From Argiope bruennichi (Eukaryota), in assembly GCF_947563725.1 (NCBI RefSeq), contig NC_079163.1, forward strand, positions 54,822,922-54,886,921: 64,000 bases of DNA, in the 5' to 3' direction. Position numbers and translations under genes: made by a program. Of the stretch, positions 53,268-64,000 are shown piece after piece. Below the pieces are notes generated by a model that saw only the letters and a program-made list of their open reading frames with translations, was not told where the DNA came from and did not search any database. Position 1 is the first letter of the stretch. Each line of letters begins with the position of its first letter.

Positions 53268-53357
<90 letters not shown>
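53268..53357. repeat. (TA)n microsatellite, about 45 units, located in intron 1 of the agrin-like gene about 228 bp past the donor.
   Basis: Directly visible. Confidence 0.97.
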
Positions 53358-53358
<1 letters not shown>

Positions 53359-56300
53359 CAGCCATTGGCTGAAAGAATATTTTTTGTTAACATTTTTTTT
53401 CTTTTTGAAATCACTGGACAAATTGCCGTTTTATTCAATATATTATTATAAGCATTTATTTGGCAAATCAGAGTAAGTAACTAACTGGAAATATATGTAA
53501 CATTTATAAGAAACATTTTCTCTTGTTTGATATAAGCACATTTTTATACCCTTCTTTTATTTGCCTTCATGTTGTATCGTTTGAATTACAACACAGCAAA
53601 AAAGTTTCGGTGTTACAAAAAGATTCATTAATTTTATACAATGATTTTAATTTATTAAAACACTGAAAAATTGTTTTTTTATTACTTGCAAAAACATTGT
53701 TGCGTATTGATAAAAATTAAAAGAAATCTACGTGAAACATTTGAATGCAGAATCCTTTCAATATGTACGAAAAAATGATTAATAGTGGCATATATATATT
53801 AATTATTTTCAATTCATATTAAGAACACATTTTTTCTATGAAAGAAGAATGTACGATAATGTCTGCATACATTCGTTATTATAATTTACAATGTAATAAA
53901 AATGTAACTACATTTGATCGAGCATAGCTAAAAGAATTTCATAAAATTTTAAATGAGAACATTTCCACAGGTTGATTTAACATTGAAAAGTGACTACAAT
54001 TATTATAATATTAACACAAAAAATTTCTGTGTTATTATTTTAAAACCGAATTTTCTTATTTACAAGAATATTATAGAAAAAATATTTTTTATTATTTTTT
54101 AATAAATAAAATATATCAACTTCTGTATGATTGTTGGTTTAATTTTCATGAACGATAGATTAATCTTTGAAACATAAATTCTAGCAGAATTTGATGGGAA
54201 TAAAATATTTTTGATGCTATGCACTTTAGTCACTCGTACTTATCTGCTTTATGTTTGAATCAGACTAGATAGAAAGCGTTTAAAGCATTAGAACGAATAC
54301 TTGTATATATGTGAAGCAAATAATGCCCTTACTTCCCTTAAGATGTTTTTGACTCTATATTCTTCGAATTTGAAACAATTTTTTTCCCTTTATTTTTGTA
54401 GTTTGTATTTTTTATCTTTATATGATGCATCGTTTTGGTTTTTTTTTTTTTTCATAAATAAAATTGCAGAATTGTAAATATAATATTGTTCAGTCATAAA
54501 TAAAATGACGTCTATGAAGAACTCTAACATAACTAGAAATTTTAATTGATTTCATTCGAATTCGAATTATATTAGAGATTAGAATTTAGATCAGGAGGGA
54601 GAGAGAACCAGATTTGGCTCAGTCGTGCCAATCACAAGGTAAATATTAAAATTCCATTGTGTTTTAACAACGGAAGAGCCTTTTTGATGTCAATTAATAG
54701 CAGTTTGTCTGACTTTTTAATTTACAAGCACGGAACTTTCATAGAATTTCATTTATTTGGATTCTCAATTCGTCATACTATTAATTTTATTCTGAAACCT
54801 GCTGTTTTATAAAAGAAAAACAGCTGGGTAGCAAGCTGAAGTAATTTTCGCAGTGTGTGGAAATGCGAATCACCACCCTCCCTAAAAGGAAGAAAGATAA
54901 TTTAAACATTTTCGCAATATCAAATCAGTATGTGCGTTGAAGTTGCATTTCGTAAATTAATTCCCGACATGCCATACTTTTATGTGCACTAGAAATATTC
55001 AGTTAGAAATATTGCGATGGTTTTGATCATTTTTTTATATATATTTCGTATAATTCCTATCTCTTATTAAAAGACTCATTGAGTTATTTTTCTTTATTAA
55101 GAAAATATAAGCGTATAAATTAGGGAAAAAATAAAGACCGTTGAAATTTCTTTTGAAATGAAGATGTTTAACATAACTGTTTTAAATATAATTTATTATG
55201 CGATCAACTAATGCTGTCACTTGATGCATGTTAAAAAGACCGCTTAATTTCGGAATCCGGTGCGGCTCTTGCAGAAGGAGAAATGACAAGACGTCACTGT
55301 ATAGTAAAAGATGGCATGCTATCGTAAAGCTTGCACAGATGACGTATACCAATAAGCTGTGATGACACCTGAATTAGGCCCATTTTAATGACTGGATTCC
55401 ATTTTCCTATTAGGCTGCATAGATTTAATCCAAATTACTTTCACATATTTCAAAAAATTAAACTAACAATAAAATCACTAAGATTTTCAATTTATGGTAG
55501 CTCATAAAAAATTTCAAATAGAGTAATTTAAAGTGATGTCACAGTTGAATAACAATGCAATTGCAAACATCATGTATCTAAATGTTATATTGTGTAACAG
55601 TGTGCCAGAGCCTATCATTCCATATTTTAAAATGTGCTTATATTTTAATGGAAAGGATGAATTTTAGACAACGTTCCTGATTTTCTAAAATGGTTTTAAT
55701 TCTTATTACGCACTGTTATAATACGAAGAAAAAAGTGAATACCTTAAGAAAAAGTTTTTCAAATTTCCACCAAAAGTCTTGGGTTATTAAAAACGTAAGC
55801 TGTAAAATTCAAAATTAGTTTTAAACTTACATTTTACTGTGCATTGCATTCTTTTAAGAATTGCATTTTTCCCGATAATGGATGTCTGTATTTACTATAA
55901 TATAAAGAGAATTTAATCAATATTCCAACTGAAATTAATTGAACACCATGTATTTGAGAGTAATGAAGCCACTTAATGGTTTCAGTATTAATTTAGCTTT
56001 CATCAAAAATAACCCCTATTATCTTCGAAAGAAAACCAAAAACATTGTTTAGTAGCACTTCGAGTTAAATTAATCCAATAAACTTTACTTTGGATGAAGA
56101 AATCTGTGTTTATATGCCTTCCAGAACGGCTGTTTTTATTTTGATTTCTTAGGTTTACGTGTCGTTATTGAATTGAAAAAATACGACGTGTTATTGAATC
56201 TGATAAAATATAAATAATGAGTAAAGAATCTGCTAAAATTTAAATAATGAGTTTTAATGATGAGTAAAGAATTTTCTGGAACCATATATGGTTCTTTCAT

Positions 56301-57349
56301 GAATCACAAAATATTCCAAAACCTTAAAAGTAGAAAAATAAAGCTGTTAGTGGTTGTCCTAACTTCAAGCTGTCATTCTAGAATCTCTCTCTTTTTTTTC
56401 TTATTTAAATAATTTTTTGTTCTAACTCGTGTTTTTTGTCGACGGTTTGAAGCATTTAACTTGTTCAATTTTTGACAGTATTTGGAAAGGGTTTTTTTTT
56501 TTGGGGGGGGGGTATTTGCATTCAAATGATTTAAAATACAAATAAATAAATCCTAAAAAAATATTATGCTTTTTTATTACTTTTTTGATTTATTGAAATA
56601 AAACTCAATGGAAATGAAATTCTTGAGAAACATAAGATAGTGGTCGAATTTTCTCCTTGGCCATATCACCTTAAAACTATATTCCGCGAAATTTTAAATC
56701 TGGAAGTGAAAATCAAAACTGAAAAAAAAAAGTCTTTTAAACAATTGAAGAGGATAATAACAATCTGTTTTTGTATTTTTTGCAACACCGACTTAATCCT
56801 CCCAATTTTAGTTTGAAGTAAAAGGGGCTGTATTACACTCACGCACCTTATAATAAATTCGAAAAATATATCAATATTAAATCATCAAAATTTTGTCTGC
56901 ACTGAAGCAAAGTTATTAAACAGATAACATTTAAGAGTTAAAAAAATGTTAATTAGTTAAAAGCCGGGTAGGCACAAGAGACATGGCGCTTCAAAAAGGA
57001 ACTAATGGAAGTGGTCTCCCAAAATCTTTCTCGCATACTCTTCAATAAAAATGTTATCAATATTTTGCATGACATCGGCGTACAATAGTTACGAAATATT
57101 AATCTTTGGCGTGAATTTAACCCTTTTACTGAATTTTTCGTATGATCCTTGGCGTAAGTTTTGGCGATTAATTCCTGGTATGCAGTCAAATGTATCCAAA
57201 AATGGAATCTGGTTTTCAGACGTGTTCTTCCCACGCAATTGAAACAAAATTTGACGTAAAATTACACTTGAAGTCAAAAAACACGTAACAAAATTGATAT
57301 GTAAAAGTCATTGCCTTTTTTGAGTGATCTTGTTTGCATATTTCTAAAA

Positions 57350-57700
57350 GTACAGACAGTTCAACCCCTTATTGGATTTTGTTCAAAATTTGATAGGCTC
57401 AGTATTAAAGATGTTAAATCTGTGCATCAAATTCTATATATCTAGCTCTCTTCCTTTTGTAGCAATCGTACTAACTGATATTCGAACAGCCGGGCAGACA
57501 GAATTCCTCTTAACGGTATTTGCACAAAATTGGATAGAAATCTACATATTTGGCTTTAAGCATGTATACCAAATTTCATACGTCTAGCTGAAAGCATTTT
57601 TGAGTTACCTTTGTCACAGACAGACAGACGGACGGACATTTTCCAAAAATATTTTTTCGGGCTCTAAAACGTGGATTTTCTTCAAAATCTCGAATTCGAA
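57350..57700 (+). repeat. Copy 3 of the dimeric interspersed repeat family. It ends in a (GACA)n-like tract CACAGACAGACAGACGGACGGACA.
   Basis: Shares GGATTTTGTTCAAAATTTGAT, GTATACCAAATTTCATACGTCTAGC and the ACAGACAGAC ends with copy 1. Confidence 0.55.
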
Positions 57701-57914
57701 TTATACTTTGTATACGTGACAGTAAAAAAAGGTAAAAAAAGAGTGGTTGATCTAATTTTTCCTTCAAATATCCAGTGGAATTTTTCAAAAATAAATTTGA
57801 AAAACGCTCAGGAATAGTTACTCCTTCTAATAAAATAATTATATTTACTTTATACTTTATATTTTAAATAACAGTCATTACATCGTCTATATTAATAATT
57901 CTTTCTTCCTTTAG

Positions 57915-57950
57915 GCATCCCTTACAGAAGAAGACCACCGATAAATGACG
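57915..57950 (+). CDS. Candidate 36-nt microexon (G-IPYRRRPPIND-G), phase 1 in and phase 1 out. It is compatible with the agrin exon-1 donor as an NtA-to-follistatin linker.
   Basis: A strong acceptor (TTCTTTCTTCCTTTAG) and donor (GTAAAT) flank a 36-nt open segment in the right phase. There is no homology support. Confidence 0.25.
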
Positions 57951-60900
57951 GTAAATATATTTATTACTAATTTTTTTCGCCTTTGTAATAAATTTCTATG
58001 TCTAATTTATTTAGCTGTTTTCCTTTTAGTTTCCAACTTTTTGTAATTTAGAAATAAAACTCATAATTGAAAATTTTAAAGAAAAGTTTTGAATTGATTT
58101 GTCCATACATCATTTCAAGCTTTTCATGGCATTATTGCTACCCCTATCAAAAGTTTAATTTATTATATATTTCTTTTGAAAGAAATTGCTTTGTAGTCTG
58201 CTTTTCCTTTAATTTATATGAACCCTTTTTCGAATAAATGACGTTAACATAAAATTTTATGGATTTTAACTGCACGATTCTTTGAAATTAAGAGAATTTT
58301 ATTATTTTGCTCATTTCTGATAAACTATCAGACATTTAAATTTGTTAGCTTGATAGAAATTCTGATAAATTATTAAAAATATTTAAGATATCCGACTAAT
58401 TTCAGTGGCTATTAATAAAAAAAAATTTAATCCTTATAAGATGTTTTTTATTAATATAAGGATAAAATGCTGAATAAAAGAGAAATTATTTAAATATACC
58501 TATAGCTTTTTAAGAAAAGGCATATTTTGATGTAAATTTTAGCATTTATTTACAAAAACTAAGATTGTTCCAGAGAAATTGTTTTTTTTTACAATTTTTC
58601 ATTTTTCTTTAGAACATTACATGCGTGACATATCTTGGAGTGTAACTAACTATTATGTAAGAATTATATTCAAAAATAAAATTTTTGTGTGTAATATATG
58701 ATATTATCAACGAAATTCTGAAATTTTTTCAACAATATTTACATTAAACAATAAAGACATCATTGGAAACAGAAACATGCCCATTTTTTGAAATTGCCAA
58801 AAAATAAAAATGCGAATTTTCATCCAAATGCATATTTTCAACCTAGCCAGGTATCTTAAATAAAATTTTATTTCGATATACAGTTATATACTGGGAAAAA
58901 TAATAACTTGCAACAATCATGGTTTGCCATCAGATCGTTAATAGGTACTATCAGTTCAGGAATGTCCAAAAACCCTGTTCTAAGATCAAACAAAAAATTG
59001 ATATCGTAACATTCCATCTAACTGGAAACGAGGTAGTTAATGAGCATGTAGAAATTGATGCTACATCAGCAACAAAGTTGTTTTCAGTTCCTGGATAGCA
59101 GATAGCAATCAGCAGTTTCCCAAGACAATAATTTTCTAAGCACATTCAATAAAGTTTAGACTGATTTATCAATCCATCACATGATATCCTCATTTTCAAG
59201 ATAATCATAAGCAAAATAAGTTTTACGTGATTAACATGCTTTGCTTCAGATTTTAAACTAACTGCTACAGAAAAATTGCAACTATTTCTTTTTCAGTCAA
59301 ATATTGAATTGTAGGAGGAACTATTCTTTATATTAATATTTTTTTGATCTTTTAATGTGAGATTTGGACACTCCTCCTCTATTGTTTGATTACTGAAAAA
59401 CGGCAGGGCTCACGGAGAGCATGAACTCGATGGTTCTCAGCCTTCAGACATTGCTTACGTTTGGAAAAAGTGTTATTACAATTCAAATACTTAACAAATG
59501 TATTATTGGTGATCATTAGTATTTGTATTATACTAAATTTCATAATAATACATTCATAAATTTTTCAGAAGAATTGCTGTAAGTAATTTTTTAAATAGTG
59601 ATTTTTTTTTTTTGAAATTTTTGTTATTATTTTAAGTTATAAAAAAAGTAAGCAAAATTTCAATGTTTTTGGGTGCTAATTTTTGAAAATGCTATCACAG
59701 AAAGATAATTTCCGCTATTTTAGAAAAGTTGAAAATATTTTTAAATATGAGTTGCAACAGCAGTTCTCATGATTGAATTTAAAATCAAGCCTGCTTTATT
59801 GTTACTTACATATTTTATCGTTATTTTATTATACTTGCATATTTCATTGTTATAAAATTTAAAGAGTCTGTACCTTTTAATTTGTTATTTATTTATACGA
59901 TATAATTAAACAAAGTGATTAAATTTGATATGTACTGACTGCAATATGACTAGATTCCGTATGTAATTTCTAATTATCCAATAAATGCACTCATTGTAAC
60001 AATCATTAGAATCATAATTGACTTTAATGACTAAAAACTTATATATATTAAGCATATTTTTTCCCCCGTGAATGAATCTTTTAATAACATAAAATAAGTA
60101 GTATTTCAGAATTATATTTGGCAAACTATGCATTTTTTATATAGATTAATAATTTAGAAAATTCCTTTGACTTGTTTTCTTTATTTTCTATATATAGCTA
60201 GTTAATTTCATAAAATGGTAATTTTGTTTCATTTCAAGATAAAAAAACATCTGCAGCATTTAATTTATTCATCAATTATGCCTTATAATTAGATGAAATA
60301 GGAATTTTATATTTAGCTGATTAATGTGCAATCATTGCAATTTAAACTAAATTCATTCGTGAACAAAACGGTAAATGATCGTTATTAAATTTCAAATCTG
60401 ATAACAGTCAAATGTAAGGAACTAAATCATTGACTTCATTAGTTGCCAATCCTTCAGTACATTTTCGTTCTGTTAATGGATCAAAATTTATAGGTAATAG
60501 ATTTTTGTGCATTTATTTTCTATTCATATTTTTAAATTTATTTCGTAGTTGTTAGAAGCAATTGATGCTTTCGGTATACTAAAAATCAAATTAATTCAAT
60601 AACTGTATTAAACACGGTTGCATTACGAAATTGAAATTGATACAATTAGTTAAATGATAAACTAGTAATCGTCGAAGGAGTAACTAAATCATATATACGT
60701 AGGTTTAACTGCAAATTGTTATTTCAATCTTACCGCTCCTTTTCTTTAAGACTGAACAAAGGGGAACGGAATTGCTATGGAATATCCCTGGTACCGTTTT
60801 ATGTATTTATGTCTTTGTGTACATATTCTTAATGTGTTAAACAGTGAAACGTAGGTAATGTTTAAAATTGTGAATGGTTCAGGATAGTAACGTATTCAAA

Positions 60901-60999
60901 AAATTTGCATAAACACACAAATATCGGTTTAATTAATGCATGGAAGTAATATTTCCACATATACATCATTAGAGCTTTCATGTTTAGGTTTTAGTTATA

Positions 61000-61290
61000 T
61001 TAACGTCCCGTTTGAAGCAACACTAGGGATATTGTGGGACGGACCTCGTAATTTTGAACCGCGGTCAGATGACGAGGACAACACCTGAGCTGGCACCCCC
61101 TCTCCACACCAGCGGGAGGACGTTTGGTCAGGACAGATTTATCGTGCAACAGACCCCCTTGCACGACGGTTCTTAGGTTGAATTGGGTCTCGAACCTGAA
61201 ACCCTCCGGTTCTGAAGCCGAGACCTTACCACGAGGCCACCGCGGCCCTATCAGAGCTTTTATATCAGTGCCTCGTGATTTTCGAAAAAT
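61000..61290 (-). mobile_element. SINE-like element with a tRNA-derived head. Its minus-strand 5' end is at about 61262 (GGGCCGCGGTGGCCTCGTGGTAAGGTCTCGGCTTCAGAACCGGAGGGTTTCAGGTTCGAGACCC).
   Basis: An acceptor-stem, D-loop-like and T-loop-like (GGTTCGAGACCC) arrangement is followed by a body homologous to 45770-45965. Confidence 0.55.
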
Positions 61291-64000
61291 CTGAGGATTT
61301 CACTGACACGTTGCATCATTTGCAATTAAAAGCGTTATGGAATAATAAAATTAATAATAATGATATTTTGAATTAGGGAAGATACTGTGGTGAAATATCC
61401 GCTCTTCCTCTAATATCTGCAAGCCGTTCTCCACTTTAGACAGAGTTCCATGCTGACTGATTGACCGTAAGATGAACTGATTTCAAATCGAATTTATATT
61501 ATTAGCACTATTTTCATTCAAACAGGCTATAAAACTGTACATTAATCTCAAAAATTCCATTTATGTCCATGTAAATAATATGAAAATGCGTGAAATGTAG
61601 TCTATTTTTATTGCAGACACAAATATAACTTGAAATTACATAATATACTCATTATTTAGTATATTTGTATTGAGTTTACCATAATAAATTGATGTATTAA
61701 TTCTTTCTATCAATATAAATTCATCCAGTTATCTGGATTATAGTTGTGAATAAGGTTTATCAATTGTAGATCTTGTAACACTGATACAGTTGTAAATTAA
61801 TGTCACAGTACAGTTATAATTTAAAGTGCAATGATAATTAAGTATAATAGTCATAAATTAATGTCTCCGTGAATATAAATTCATCCATCCTCCGAATCAG
61901 AGTGTAAATGATATCTCTTCAGCTTCTTCCTAATAGAATTTGTATTCCTGGGCTAGACATAAATAACCATTTTGATAGTTTCTAACATTGTAAATTTATC
62001 TGGTTTTGGAACAATATCTAGTTTTTCCAGAAAAGTCATAAATGTGTCGGTTTCCGTAATTTTTCGATCCTATAAGTGTAATTATTTTTATTTATTTACT
62101 ATTTTTATTTATTTATTTTTTATGGGCGTAAATGCGAACGGTCATAAGTCGCATATGTCATAAATTGAGGAAAATCGTATGCACCGAATCAGATAGAAGT
62201 GACGTGAATTCTGTAGATAAGCAGTGGTGTTAAGATGTTTTGTTTCTGCTTTGACATTCAAAAAATTAAAATTAAAAGAAATTGCAAGAAGTTGTCAAAT
62301 GTATATTTTCAAATAGAACTGACAGATCATTTTCAAATTTTTTATATGTTTATGAGATATCATCTTTTCGCTTGTTGTGTTATTTTCTGTGTTTTTACCA
62401 TTCAGATGCAGAAATATATTGAATGTTAAATTCAATTTTATTTGTTAAAAACCTTCGTGAATAAGAAATTGCGGTAATTATCAATTTGTAGAAGTAATTC
62501 ATGATTCATTTAGTGGTTGTACAGTATATTATCTTGCTAAGACAATATTTATTCTTTTTCAAGTGACATATTTATCTGCAATTATCTTTAAAGTTTTTGT
62601 AACCTATTTATAAAACTGCGATAGCAAACCATTTTGCATTATTTTGAACAATATTTATTTAAAGTAACAATTTTCTAAAAATAGAAGGCTGATAAAATTC
62701 CTACTCGTGCCAATGGTTCGCTTCAAAATAACATCATTTTCACTTCCTTTCGTTACATTTATGCTAGTCTGCAGGAGAGCACTTCCCTTAAAGCGTTCGA
62801 ATTGAGTTCCTTAGCGAAAAGTAGAATGTAGGTCCCCTAGGGCCACTAGGGGCACTTAAAAGGTGTTAAAAACAAGTGAGAGTTTTTTTCATTCATATAT
62901 CGTGTCGTGTGGTGATATGAATGAACTTTCAAAGTGGGTATTCTGGTGAAATGCATACTGAAACTTAAGAAAAGGACAACAACAACAACAAAAAAAGTCA
63001 TTTAAAAGGAGGTTTGCTAGAACAATATGGTTACAAAAAAAAAAAAAAAAAGAGTTAAAATTCTTGTGAAAGATTTCACATCTTACTTGATTCTAATCAA
63101 GTTTATTACTTACATTGCACATTAATATAGGTTTGCATCCTTTTCATTTTAGTCTCTTAAATTAATTCTGATTAATTCAGAGATTTATTGTTAAAATAAT
63201 TTGCTTATTACATTTTGGAATAGAAGTAAGAAAGTTTTTATAAGGAAATTTAATTGGGTTGTTGTAATTTTTAGATTATTTCAATTTAATTAAAAATTGA
63301 TTCTAAAAATTAGTTTTTTTTCCCATTATTTTTCTCACATTCTTTGCACATATTACCTTGCAAAGGTAATTCTTTATATTACCTTGCACATTTACATCGA
63401 ATTTTACAATTACATTTTAAAAATAAAAGATCGCGCTTAAATTTATTTAAATTATTAAAATATGATCCAAAAGATTAAACAAATTGTGAATATATTTGAT
63501 AATACTGTAAAGTTATCTTCTTTTAGTCGTAATGTATATGAAAGACGAGTAAAATTCTTTGTGATAGTTTTATATTATCTTTCTAAATCTTTACTAGCCA
63601 CCTACGGCTACCAGCTGTGCATTCGCCTTATTTATAGTATTAAAAGCTTCAAGATTAATGAGCTACAACTTATCACAACAAAAAAAAAATATTATATTAA
63701 ATTTTGTTAATTTAATAAATATAAAGCATTCTGAGCCGTAATAATTATGTTAGAAATGTGAGAAGATAAATTGATGAAATACACGAGAAATAAAGGAGCG
63801 ATATCGACTACTCTTGAGGGCTTCATTGAGAGCTAAGGGAACACTGCTGACGCGTCTGGGAAGGAAGGGGTTTCTTGAACCATCATATAAAATATAAATC
63901 AGCCGAATCAGATTTACAATTATATAAATATATATATTAACATTCAAGTTAAGCTTAATTAAATTTCCTAATTTTTAGCTCAATTCAACACATATTAACT

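Noticed and set aside
53155-53476. Four overlapping ORFs rich in YIYIYI
   Set aside because: They are translations of the (TA)n microsatellite.

Overview
Eukaryotic (likely arthropod/invertebrate) nuclear genomic DNA. This 64-kb window has the low GC, long poly-A/T runs, long introns, microsatellites and non-LTR retrotransposon debris of such a genome. It is not a prokaryotic locus and contains no operon-like or defence-type system, and no CRISPR, rRNA or bona fide tRNA genes. Reading both strands by eye gives three protein-coding loci. (1) A minus-strand, phase-consistent chain of at least 14 exons (about 21816 to 1343, possibly to about 523) encodes a TROVE-domain protein (Ro60/SS-A-like, TEP1 not excluded). 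Diagnostic matches are MAMLRNLRNL, DWMEVAELYQ, EIWEQLI and a vWA-like PIPGKSLVICDILFPSS segment. (2) A minus-strand, four-exon, phase-consistent gene (34155..38046) encodes a 192-aa K/R/S-rich protein I could not assign to a family. (3) The plus-strand first coding exon (52608..53040) of an agrin-like gene encodes a signal peptide plus an NtA (N-terminal agrin) laminin-binding domain and ends in a GT donor; the rest of the gene lies beyond the window. The remainder is repeats. These include a degenerate I/R1-clade LINE (RT + RNase H + C-terminal Cys-His), a mariner-like transposase remnant, tRNA-derived SINE-like copies, a dimeric interspersed repeat family present three times, a ~200-bp x3 tandem repeat, a (GT)~100 microsatellite, a (TA)~45 and other simple repeats. 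All calls rest on visual translation, splice-signal and phase reasoning; no database search was possible.
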